Shown in pieces: positions 16,401 through 28,436 of a stretch of DNA of 64,000 nucleotides. This stretch comes from Paragordius varius (lineage: Eukaryota > Animalia > Nematomorpha): assembly GCA_964247055.1 (NCBI GenBank), contig OZ176051.1, forward strand, positions 992,001-1,056,000. Reading direction: 5' to 3'. Each line of letters starts with the position of its first letter. Positions within the stretch are counted from its first letter, which is position 1. The position numbers were made by a program, and so were the translations under genes. The notes under the pieces were generated by a model. That model worked only from the letters and a program-made list of their open reading frames with translations, had not been told where the DNA came from and made no database searches.

Positions 16401-18571
16401 TAGCATAGGACAATAAGCAAGTTAAACTTTGTCCTTAAAAATCGGGGATTGGTCGCCGGTAAAGAAAATTATATTTTATACATTCTCTTAGTAGGACTAC
16501 ATCAAAATATAGAGATAGTTTGGCAAACTGTTTCATATCCGATTTTTACAACGATACTTTAAAAATTAATGTATAAAACTAGTCGCATCAATACTCAAGT
16601 TAAACTTTGTCCTTAAAAATCGGATATTGGTCACCGGTAAACGAAATTATTTTTCAATTCTCTTAGTAAGACTACATCAATATATAGAGATATTTTGACA
16701 AACTCTTTAATATCTGATTTTTACAGCGATACTTTAAAAATTAATGTATAAAATTAGTCGCAGCAATACTCAAGTTAAACTTTGTCCTTAAAAATCGGAT
16801 ATTGGTCAACGGTGAACGAAACTATTTTTTATACATTCTCTTAGTAGGACTACATCAAAATATAGAGATAGTTTGACAAACTCTTTATCCGATTTTTACA
16901 ACGATACTTTAAAAATTAATGTATAAAATTAGTCGCATCAATACTCAAGTTAAACTTTATCCTTAAAAATCGGATATTGGTCAACGGTGAACGAAACTAT
17001 TTTTTATACATTCTCTTAGTAGCACTACATCAAAATATAGAGATAGTTTGACAAACTCTTTCATATCCGATTTTTACAACGATACTTTAAAAATTAATGT
17101 ATAAAACTAGTTGCATCAATACTCAAGTTAAACTTTGTCCTTAAAAATCGGATATTGGTCACCGGTTAACGAAACTATTTTTTGTACATTCTCTTAGTAG
17201 GACTACATCAAAATATAGAGATAGTTTGACAAACTCTTTCATATCCGATTTTTACAACGATACTTTAAAAATTAATGTATAAAATTAGTCGCATCAATAC
17301 TCAAGTTAAACTTTGTCCTTAAAAATCGGATATTGGTCAACGGTGAACGAAACTATTTTTTATACATTCTCTTAGTAGGACTACATCAAAATATAGAGAT
17401 AGTTTCACAAACTCTTATATCCGATTTTTACAACGATACTTTAAAAATTAATGTATAAAACTAGTCTAATCAAAACTCAAGTTAAACTTTGTCCTTAAAA
17501 ATTGGATATTGGTCACCGGTGAACGAAATTATTTTTTATACATTCTCTTAGTAGGACTACATCAAAATATAGAGATAGTTTGACAAACTCTTTCATATCC
17601 GATTTTTACAACGATACTTTAAAAATTAATGTATAAAATTAGTCGCATCAATACTCAGGTTAAACTTTGTCCTTAAAAATCGGATATTGGTCAACGGTGA
17701 ACGAAACTATTTTTTATTTATTATCTTGAGATAGTTTGACAAACTCTTTCATATCCGATTTTTACAACGATACTTTAAATATTAATGTATAAAATTAGTC
17801 GCATCAATACTCAAGTTAAACTTTGTATTTAAAAATCGGATATTGGTCACCGGTGAACAAAATTATTATTTATACATTCTCTTATTAAGACTACATCAAA
17901 ATATAGAGATAGTTGGACAAACTCTTTAATATCTGATTTTTACAACGATACTTCAAAAATTAATGTATAAAACTAGTCGCATCAATACTCAAGTTAAACT
18001 TTGTCCTTAAAAATCGGATATTGGTCACCGGTGAACGAAATTATTTTTTATACATTCTCTTAGTAAGACTACATCAAAATATAGAGATAGTTTGACAAAC
18101 TCTTTCATATCCGATTTTTACAACGATACTTTAAAAATTAATGTATAAAACTAGTCGCATCAAAACTCAAGTTAAATTTTTGTCCTTAAAAATCGGATAT
18201 TGGTCACCGGTGAACGAGACTATTTTTATAAATTCTCTTAGTAGGACTACATCAAAATATAGAGATAGTTTGACAAACTCTTTAATATCTGATTTTTACA
18301 GCGATACTTTAAAAATTAATGTATAATTTAGCATAGGACAATAAGCAAGTTAAACTTTGTCCTTAAAAATCGGGGATTGGTCCGGTAAAGAAAATTATAT
18401 TTTATACATTCTCTTAGTAGGACTACATCAAAATATAGAGATAGTTTGACAAACTCTTTCATATCCGATTTTTACAACGATACTTTAAAAATTAATGTAT
18501 AAAATTAGTCGCATCAATACTCAAGTTAAACTTTGTATTTAAAAATCGGATATTGGTCACCGGTGAACAAA

Positions 18572-20699
18572 ATTATTATTTATACATTCTCTTATTAAGA
18601 GTACATCAAAATATAGAGATAGTTGGACAAACTCTTTAATATCTGATTTTTACAGCGATACTTTAAAAATTAATGTATAAAACTAGTCGCATCAATACTC
18701 AAGTTAAACTTTGTCCTTAAAAATCGGATATTGGTCACCGGTGAACGAAATTATTTTTTATACATTCTCTTAGTAGGACTACATCAAAATATAGAGATAG
18801 TTTGATAAACTCTTTCATATCCGATTTTTACAACACTTTAAAAATTAATGTATAAAACTAGTCGCATCAAAACTCAAGTTAAACTTTGTCCTTAAAAATC
18901 GGATATTGGTCACCGGTGAACGAGACTATTTTTTATAAATTCTCTTAGTAGGACTACATCAAAATATAGAGATAGTTTGACAAACTCTTTAATATCCGAT
19001 TTTTACAGCGATACTTTAAAAATTTATGTATAATTCAGCATACGACAATAAGCAGTTAAACTTTGGCTTTAAAAATCTGATATTGGTCACCGGTGAACAA
19101 AATTATTTATTTATACATTCTCTTAGTAAGACTACATCAAAATATAGAGATAGTTTGACAAACTCTTTCATATCCGATTTTTACAACGATACTTTAAAAA
19201 TTAATGTATAAAATTAGTCGCATCAATACTCAAGTTAAACTTTGTATTTAAAAATCGGATATTGGTCACCGGTGAACAAAATTATTATTTATACATTCTC
19301 TTATTAAGAGTACATCAAAATATAGAGATAGTTGGACAAACTCTTTAATATCTGATTTTTACAGCGATACTTTAAAAATTAATGTATAAAACTAGTCGCA
19401 TCAATACTCAAGTTAAACTTTGTCCTTAAAAATCGGATATTGGTCACCGGTGAACGAAATTATTTTTTTATACATTCTCTTAAACTACATCAAAATATAG
19501 AGATAGTTTGACAAACTCTTTCATATCCGATTTTTACAGCGATACTTTAAAAATTAATGTATAATTTAGCATAGGACAATAAGCAAGTTAAACTTTGTCC
19601 TTAAAAATCGGGGATTGGTCCGGTAAAGAAAATTATATTTTATACATTCTCTTAGTAGGACTACATCAAAATATAGAGATAGTTTGACAAACTCTTTCAT
19701 ATCCGATTTTTACAACGATACTTTAAAAATTAATGTATAAAATTAGTCGCATCAATACTCAAGTTAAACTTTGTATTTAAAAATCGGATATTGGTCACCA
19801 ATGAACAAAATTATTATTTATACATTCTCTTATTAAGAGTACATCAAAATATAGAGATAGTTGGACAAACTCTTTAATATCTGATTTTTACAGCGATACT
19901 TTAAAAATTAATGTATAAAACTAGTCGCATCAATACTCAAGTTAAACTTTGTCCTTAAAAATCGGATATTGGTCACCGGTGAACGAAATTATTTTTTATA
20001 CATTCTCTTAGTAGGACTACATCAAAATATAGAGATAGTTTGATAAACTCTTTCATATCCGATTTTTACAACACTTTAAAAATTAATGTATAAAACTAGT
20101 CGCATCAAAACTCAAGTTAAACTTTGTCCTTAAAAATCGGATATTGGTCACCGGTGAACGAGACTATTTTTTATAAATTCTCTTAGTAGGACTACATCAA
20201 AATATAGAGATAGTTTGACAAACTCTTTAATATCTGATTTTTACAGCGATACTTTAAAAATTTATGTATAATTCAGCATACGACAATAAGCAGTTAAACT
20301 TTGGCTTTAAAAATCTGATATTGGTCACCGGTGAACAAAATTATTTATTTATACATTCTCTTAGTAAGACTACATCAAAATATAGAGATAGTTTGACAAA
20401 CTCTTTCATATCCGATTTTTACAACGATACTTTAAAAATTAATGTATAAAATTAGTCGCATCAATACTCAAGTTAAACTTTGTATTTAAAAATCGGATAT
20501 TGGTCACCGGTGAACAAAATTATTATTTATACATTCTCTTATTAAGAGTACATCAAAATATAGAGATAGTTGGACAAACTCTTTAATATCTGATTTTTAC
20601 AGCGATACTTTAAAAATTAATGTATAAAACTAGTCGCATCAATACTCAAGTTAAACTTTGTCCTTAAAAATCGGATATTGGTCACCGGTGAACGAAATT
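18572..20699 (+). repeat. Second array of the 1238-bp 7-monomer repeat, about 1.7 copies
   Basis: Identical ORFs at 19026 and 20264, with the same diagnostic deletions. Confidence 0.85.
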
Positions 20700-23600
20700 A
20701 TTTTTTATACATTCTCTTAGTAGGACTACATCAAAATATAGAGATAGTTTGATAAACTCTTTCATATCCGATTTTTACAACGATACTTTAAAAATTAATG
20801 TATAAAACTAGTCGCATCAAAACTCAAGTTAAACTTTGTCCTTAAAAATCGGATATTGGTCACCGGTGAACGAGACTATTTTTTATAAATTCTCTTAGTA
20901 GGACTACATCAAAATATAGAGATAGTTTGACAAACTCTTTAATATCTGATTTTTACAGCGATACTTTAAAAATTTATGTATAATTCAGCATACGACAATA
21001 AGCAGTTAAACTTTGGCTTTAAAAATCGGATATTGGTCACCGGTGAACAAAATTATTTATTTATACATTCTCTTAGTAAGACTACATCAAAATATAGAGA
21101 TAGTTTCACAAACTCTTATATCCGATTTTTACAACGATACTTTAAAAATTAATGTATAAAACTAGTCTAATCAAAACTCAAGTTAAACTTTGTCCTTAAA
21201 AATTGGATATTGGTCACCGGTGAACGAAATTATTTTTTATACATTCTCTTAGTAGGACTACATCAAAATATAGAGATAGTTTGACAAACTCTTTCATATC
21301 CGATTTTTACAACGATACTTTAAAAATTAATGTATAAAATTAGTCGCATCAATACTCAAGTTAAACTTTGTCCTTAAAAATCGGATATTGGTCAACGGTG
21401 AACGAAACTATTTTTCATACATTCCCTTAGTAGGACTACATCAAAATATAGAGATAGTTTGACAAACTCTTTCATATCCGATTTTTACAACGATACTTTA
21501 AAAATTAATGTATAAAACTAGTCGCATCAAAACTCAAGTTAAACTTTGTCCTTAAAAATGGGATATTGGTCACCGGTGAACGAGACTATTTTTTATAATT
21601 TCTCTTAGTAGGACTACATCAAAATATATAGATAGTTTGACAAACTCTTTAATATCTGATTTTTACAGCGATACTTTAAAAATTAATGTATAATTTAGCA
21701 TAGGACAATAAGCAAGTTAAACTTTGTCCTTAAAAATCGGGGATTGGTCGCCGGTAAAGAAAATTATATTTTATACATTCTCTTAGTAGGACTACATCAA
21801 AATATAGAGATAGTTTGGCAAACTGTTTCATATCCGATTTTTACAACGATACTTTAAAAATTAATGTATAAAACTAGTCGCATCAATACTCAAGTTAAGC
21901 TTAGTCTTTAAAAATCGGATATTGAACACCGGTGAACAAAATTAATTTCTATACATTCTCTTAGTAGGACTACATCAAAATATAGAGATAGTTTGACAAA
22001 CTCTTTCATATCCGATTTTACAACGATACTTTAAAAAATAATGTATAAAACTAGTCGCATCAAAACTCAAGTTAAACTTTGTTCTTAAAAATCGGATATT
22101 GGTCGCCGGTAAAGAAAATTATTTTTTATACATTCTCTTAGTAGAACTACATCAAAATATAGAGATAGTTTGACAAACTCTTTCATATCCGATTTTTACA
22201 ACGATACTTTAAAAATTAATGTATAAAACTAGTCGCATCAATACTCAAGTTAAACTTTGTCCTTAAAAATCGGATATTGAACACCGGTGAACAAAATTAT
22301 TTTTTTATACATTCTCTTAAACTACATCAAAATATAGAGATAGTTTGACAAACTCTTTCATATCCGATTTTTACAACGATACTTAAAAAATTAATGTATA
22401 AAACTAGTCGCATCAAAACTCAAGTTAAACTTTGTTCTTAAAAATCGGATATTAGTCACCGATGAACAAAATTATTTTTTTATACATTCTTTTAGTAAGA
22501 CTACATCAAAATATAGAGATAGTTTGGCAAACTGTTTCATATCCGATTTTTACAGCGATACTTTATAAATTAATGTATAAAATTAGTCGCATCAATACTC
22601 AAGTTAAACTTTGACCTTAAAAATCGGATATTAGTTACCGGTGAACAAAATTATTTTTTATACATTCTCTTAGTAAGACTACATCAATTAGAGATATTTT
22701 GACAAACTCTTTAATATCTGATTTTTACAGCGATACTTTAAAAATTAATGTATAAAATTAGTCGCATCAATACTCAAGTTAAACTTTGTCCTTAAAAATC
22801 GGATATTGGTCAACGGTGAACGAAACTATTTTTTATACATTTTCTTAGTAGGACTACATCAAAATATAGAGATAGTTTGACAAACTCTTTATCCGATTTT
22901 TACAACGATACTTTAAAAATTAATGTATAAAACTAGTCGCATCAATACTCAAGTTAAACTTTGTCCTTAAAAATCGGATATTGGTCACCGGTGAACGAAA
23001 TTATTTTTTATACATTCTCTTAGTAAGACTACATCAAAATATAGAGATAGTTTGACAAACTCTTTCATATCCGATTTTTACAACGATACTTTAAAAATTA
23101 ATGTATAAAACTAGTCGCATCAAAACTCAAGTTAAACTTTGTCCTTAAAAATCGGATATTGGTCACCGGTGAAGGAGACTATTTTTATGAATTCTCTTAG
23201 TAGGACTACATCAAAATATAGAGATAGTTTGACAAACTCTTTAATATCTGATTTTTACAGCGATACTTTAAAAATTAATGTATAATTTAGCATAGCACAA
23301 TAAGCAAGTTAAACTTTGTCCTTAAAAATCGGGGATTGGTCCGGTAAAGAAAATTATATTTTATACATTCTCTTAGTAGGACTACATCAAAATATAGAGA
23401 TAGTTTGACAAACTCTTTCATATCCGATTTTTACAACGATACTTTAAAAATTAATGTATAAAATTAGTCGCATCAATACTCAAGTTAAACTTTGTATTTA
23501 AAAATCGGATATTGGTCACCGGTGAACAAAATTATTATTTATACATTCTCTTATTAAGAGTACATCAAAATATAGAGATAGTTGGACAAACTCTTTAATA

Positions 23601-26600
23601 TCTGATTTTTACAGCGATACTTTAAAAATTAATGTATAAAACTAGTCGCATCAATACTCAAGTTAAACTTTGTCCTTAAAAATCGGATATTGGTCACCGG
23701 TGAACGAAATTATTTTTTATACATTCTCTTAGTAGGACTACATCAAAATATAGAGATAGTTTGACAAACTCTTTCATATCCGATTTTTACAACGATACTT
23801 TAAAAATTAATGTATAAAATTAGTCGCATCAATACTCAAGTTAAACTTTATCCTTAAAAATCGGATATTGGTCAACGGTGAACGAAACTATTTTTTATAC
23901 ATTCTCTTAGTAGCACTACATCAAAATATAGAGATAGTTTGACAAACTCTTTCATATCCGATTTTTACAACGATACTTCAAAAATTAATGTATAAAATTA
24001 GTCGCATCAATACTCAGGTTAAACTTTGTCCTTAAAAATCGGATATTGGTCAACGGTGAACGAAACTATTTTTTATTTATTCTCTTGAGATAGTTTGACA
24101 AACTCTTTCATATCCGATTTTTACAACGATACTTTAAAAATTAATGTATAAAACTAGTCGCATCAAAACTCAAGTTAAACTTTGTCCTTAAAAATCGGAT
24201 ATTGGTCACCGGTGAACGAGACTATTTTTTATAAATTCTCTTAGTAGGACTACATCAAAATATAGAGATAGTTTGACAAACTCTTTAATATCTGATTTTT
24301 ACAGCGATACTTTAAAAATTTATGTATAATTTAGCATACGACAATAAGCAAGTTAAACTTTGGCTTTAAAAATCGGATATTGGTCACCTGTGAACAAAAT
24401 TATTTATTTATACATTCTCTTAGTAAGACTACATCAAAATATAGAGATAGTTTCACAAACTCTTATATCCGATTTTTACAACGATACTTTAAAAATTAAT
24501 GTATAAAACTAGTCTAATCAAAACTCAAGTTAAACTTTGTCCTTAAAAATTGGATATTGGTCACCGGTGAACGAAATTATTTTTTATACATTCTCTTAGT
24601 AGGACTACATCAAAATATAGAGATAGTTTGACAAACTCTTTCATATCCGATTTTTACAACGATACTTTAAAAATTAATGTATAAAATTAGTCGCATCAAT
24701 ACTCAAGTTAAACTTGGTCCTTAAAAATCGGATATTGGTCAACGGTGAACGAAACTATTTTTTATACATTCCCTTAGTAGGACTACATCAAAATATAGAG
24801 ATAGTTTAACAAACTGTTTCATATCCGATTTTTACAACGATACTTTAAAAATTAATGTATAAAACTAGTCGCATCAAAACTCAAGTTAAACTTTGTCCTT
24901 AAAAATCGGATATTGGTCACCGGTGAACGAGACTATTTTTTATAAATTCTCTTAGTAGGACTACATCAAAATATATAGATAGTTTGACAAACTCTTTAAT
25001 ATCTGATTTTTACAGCGATACTTTAAAAATTAATGTATAATTTAGCATAGGACAATAAGCAAGTTAAACTTTGTCCTTTAAAATCGGGGATTGGTCGCCG
25101 GTAAAGAAAATTATATTTTATACATTCTCTTAGTAGGACTACATCAAAATATAGAGATATTTTGACAAACTCTTTAATATCTGATTTTTACAGCGATACT
25201 TTAAAAATTAATGTATAAAATTAGTCTCATCAATACTCAAGTTAAACTTTGTCCTTAAAAATCGGATATTGGTCAACGGTGAACGAAACTATTTTTTATA
25301 CATTCTCTTAGTAGCACTACATCAAAATATAGAGATAGTTTGACAAACTCTTTCATATCCGATTTTTACAACGATACTTTAAAAATTAATGTATAAAACT
25401 AGTTGCATCAATACTCAAGTTAAACTTTGTCCTTAAAAATCGGATATTGGTCACCGGAGAACGAAACTATTTTTTGTACATTCTCTTAGTAGGACTACAT
25501 CAAAATATAGAGATAGTTTGACAAACTCTTTCATATCCGATTTTTACAACGATACTTTAAAAATTAATGTATAAAATTAGTCGCATCAATACTCAAGTTA
25601 AACTTTGTCCTTAAAAATCGGATATTGGTCACCGGTGAACGAGACTATTTTTTATAAATTCTCTTAGTAGGACTACATCAAAATATATAGATAGTTTGAC
25701 AAACTCTTTAATATCTGATTTTTACAGCGATACTTTAAAAATTAATGTATTTAGCATAGGACAATAAGCAAGTTAAACTTTGTCCTTAAAAATCGGGGAT
25801 TGGTCGCCGGTAAAGAAAATTATATTTTATACATTCTCTTAGTAGGACTACATCAAAATATAGTGATAGTTTGGCAAACTGTTTCATATCCGATTTTTAC
25901 AACGATACTTTAAAAATTAATGTATAAAACTAGTCGCATCAATACTCAAGTTAAACTTTGTCCTTAAAAATCGGATATTGGTCACCGGTAAACGAAATTA
26001 TTTTTCATAAATTCTCTTAGTAAGACTACATCAATATATAGAGATATTTTGACAAACTCTTTAATATCTGATTTTTACAGCGATACTTTAAAAATTAATG
26101 TATAAAATTAGTCGCATCAATACTCAAGTTAAACTTTGTCCTTAAAAATCGGATATTGGTCAACGGTGAACGAAACTATTTTTTATACATTCTCTTAGTA
26201 GGACTACATCAAAATATAGAGATAGTTTGACAAACTCTTTATCCGATTTTTACAACGATACTTTAAAAATTAATGTATAAAATTAGTCGCATCAATACTC
26301 AAGTTAAACTATATCCTTAAAAATCGGATATTGGTCAACGGTGAACGAAACTATTTTTTATACATTCTCTTAGTAGCACTACATCAAAATATAGAGATAG
26401 TTTGACAAACTCTTTCATATCCGATTTTTACAACGATACTTTAAAAATTAATGTATAAAACTAGTTGCATCAATACTCAAGTTAAACTTTGTCCTTAAAA
26501 ATCGGATATTGGTCACCGGTGAACGAAACTATTTTTTGTACATTCTCTTAGTAGGACTACATCAAAATATAGAGATAGTTTGACAAACTCTTTCATATCC

Positions 26601-26668
26601 GATTTTTACAACGATACTTTAAAAATTAATGTATAAAATTAGTCGCATCAATACTCAAGTTAAACTTT

Positions 26669-27481
26669 GACTGATGTGAATTTAAGTCAGTAAGATAGTA
26701 AGACGGTAAGACATAAAGATAGTAAGACGGTAAGACAGTAAGATAGTAAGACGGTAAGACAGTAAGATAGTAAGACAGTAAGCATAAGACAGTAAGATAT
26801 TTGTATAAAAAACATACATTCGTGATAAGTCTGCTAATAGGAGACTTATCAAAATTTCAAAGTATTATAACTTGAAAAATATTGCATCTTTTTGAATTCT
26901 GTAAACTGGAGGATTGAAAGTCAGGTATCCTTTACAAATAATATATAGGGTTAAGTGAAAATGCGTAATTCTTTCGACACGAAACTGAGTTTACTAAACA
27001 CCTCCAAAAATTGTATAAATCTTAAAAAATATATAAAAAATCTTGGGTATTATAGAAGAAAATGGCATCTATACCATTGTTTCTTATTTGGTAAATATTT
27101 TTTTTATATTTTTACAGTTTTAACAATTTTTTTTAAAAAAATTGTACTTCATGGTTCTGACAACAATAAAAATAAATATAGCTAAATATTATTATAATAA
27201 ATTTGAATTTTGTATTCTAAAATCAGCTTTTAACCCGATAATAACCGTTTTCCCCTAAAATTTTACATGCAGAACGATATCAGATCCAGGGAAGTTTTGG
27301 TGGAATTACTTGAAAAGTAAATTATTAATAAATATATAGATTTCCAATATTATATTCTAGAAAATCCAACAGTTTAGTTATGCAAAAAGATCAATGAAAT
27401 TTATTGTTTAGTGAATATATAACAAAAGTTAATGATGGCCAGAACTTAAAACAGTTACAGAAGATGTTTACTAATATTAAA
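26669..27481 (+). repeat. Left inverted arm (813 bp)
   Basis: Reverse complement of 27643-28455. The only mismatches I saw were 26714/28410 and 27470-71/27653-54. Confidence 0.97.
26688..26797 (+). repeat. Subterminal 8-bp-period array (CA/TA/CG)GTAAGA, about 14 units
   Basis: CAGTAAGA-TAGTAAGA-CGGTAAGA cycles, starting 19 bp inside the terminus. Confidence 0.95.
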
Positions 27482-27655
27482 TATACGATTAAAAAGAAGT
27501 TGCAAAAAATGAAACAAACTGGAAACAAAAAGCCACCTATTTTTCTGGAATATGAAAAAAAATTATACTCATTACTTGAATATTCATCCAGTAGCGAAAT
27601 ACAAGGTCATAAAAATCAAGGCAATAATTTTGATACGTTTGGTTTAATATTATAA
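27267..27655 (+). pseudogene. Disrupted Myb/SANT-like DNA-binding protein gene (Harbinger ORF1-like), 3'-truncated
   Basis: ATG at 27267 and a putative GT-AG intron at 27317-27360 give MQNDIRSREVLVELLEKKSNSLVMQKDQ*NLLFSEYITKVNDGQNLKQLQKMFTNIKYTIKKKLQKMKQTGNKKPPIFLEYEKKLYSLLE. The pattern KQL.K.F.NIK...KKK...KQTG matches helix 3 and the TG tail of Myb_DNA-bind_5-type domains, and the TGA at 27395-97 sits where a conserved Trp is expected. Matched by eye; no HMM was run. Confidence 0.62.
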
Positions 27656-27857
27656 AACATCTTCTGTAACTGTTTTAAGTTCTGGCCATCATTAACTTTT
27701 GTTATATATTCACTAAACAATAAATTTCATTGATCTTTTTGCATAACTAAACTGTTGGATTTTCTAGAATATAATATTGGAAATCTATATATTTATTAAT
27801 AATTTACTTTTCAAGTAATTCCACCAAAACTTCCCTGGATCTGATATCGTTCTGCAT
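27655..27857 (-). pseudogene. Mirror copy of the 5' part of the Myb/SANT-like remnant
   Basis: The right arm duplicates 27267-27469 in reverse orientation, up to ...KQLQKMF. Confidence 0.55.
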
Positions 27858-28326
27858 GTAAAATTTTAGGGGAAAACGGTTATTATCGGGTTAAAAGCTG
27901 ATTTTAGAATACAAAATTCAAATTTATTATAATAATATTTAGCTATATTTATTTTTATTGTTGTCAGAACCATGAAGTACAATTTTTTTAAAAAAAATTG
28001 TTAAAACTGTAAAAATATAAAAAAAATATTTACCAAATAAGAAACAATGGTATAGATGCCATTTTCTTCTATAATACCCAAGATTTTTTATATATTTTTT
28101 AAGATTTATACAATTTTTGGAGGTGTTTAGTAAACTCAGTTTCGTGTCGAAAGAATTACGCATTTTCACTTAACCCTATATATTATTTGTAAAGGATACC
28201 TGACTTTCAATCCTCCAGTTTACAGAATTCAAAAAGATGCAATATTTTTCAAGTTATAATACTTTGAAATTTTGATAAGTCTCCTATTAGCAGACTTATC
28301 ACGAATGTATGTTTTTTATACAAATA

Positions 28327-28436
28327 TCTTACTGTCTTATGCTTACTGTCTTACTATCTTACTGTCTTACCGTCTTACTATCTTACTGTCTTACCGTCTT
28401 ACTATCTTTCTGTCTTACCGTCTTACTATCTTACTG
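28327..28436 (-). repeat. Mirror subterminal 8-bp-period array
   Basis: TCTTACTG/TCTTACTA/TCTTACCG cycles, the reverse complement of 26688-26797 with one difference. Confidence 0.95.

Larger units (their letters stand above)
1..26668 (+). repeat. 178-bp satellite DNA array, left block (variant domain I)
   Basis: Anchor GTCC recurs at 61, 239 and 417 (period 178). Typical monomer: CAACGATACTTTAAAAATTAATGTATAAAAYTAGTCGCATCAATACTCAAGTTAAACTTTGTCCTTAAAAATCGGATATTGGTCACCGGTGAAC...TACATTCTCTTAGTAGGACTACATCAAAATATAGAGATAGTTTGACAAACTCTTTCATATCCGATTTTTA. All copies are head-to-tail, and the array continues past the left edge of the window. Confidence 0.99.
511..26668 (+). repeat. Approximately 10-12 kb super-repeat of satellite variants (two full units plus a truncated third)
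   Basis: The marker AAACTCTTTATCCG (3-bp deletion) opens units at 511, 12485 and 22882. Ordered private variants match at offsets of about 11980 (1531/13511, 2755/14735), 10925 (6801/17726), 10219 (10045/20264), 10397 and 9351-9354 (14735/24086). Confidence 0.85.

Noticed and set aside
7569-20449. Six 61-aa ORFs (7569, 8807, 10045, 18141, 19026, 20264)
   Set aside because: Each spans one satellite monomer, from one ATG to the TAA in the next monomer's AATGTATAA. They are open only through chance variants and recur with the higher-order repeat.
26688-26797. 8-bp arrays as interstitial telomeric repeats
   Set aside because: The unit does not match TTAGG or TTAGGG, and the arrays sit symmetrically inside defined transposon termini.
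26955-28169. Identical 76-aa ORFs on opposite strands (26955-27185, 27939-28169)
   Set aside because: GTG start, low-complexity K/F/I/N composition and no recognisable motif. Their identity follows from the palindrome.
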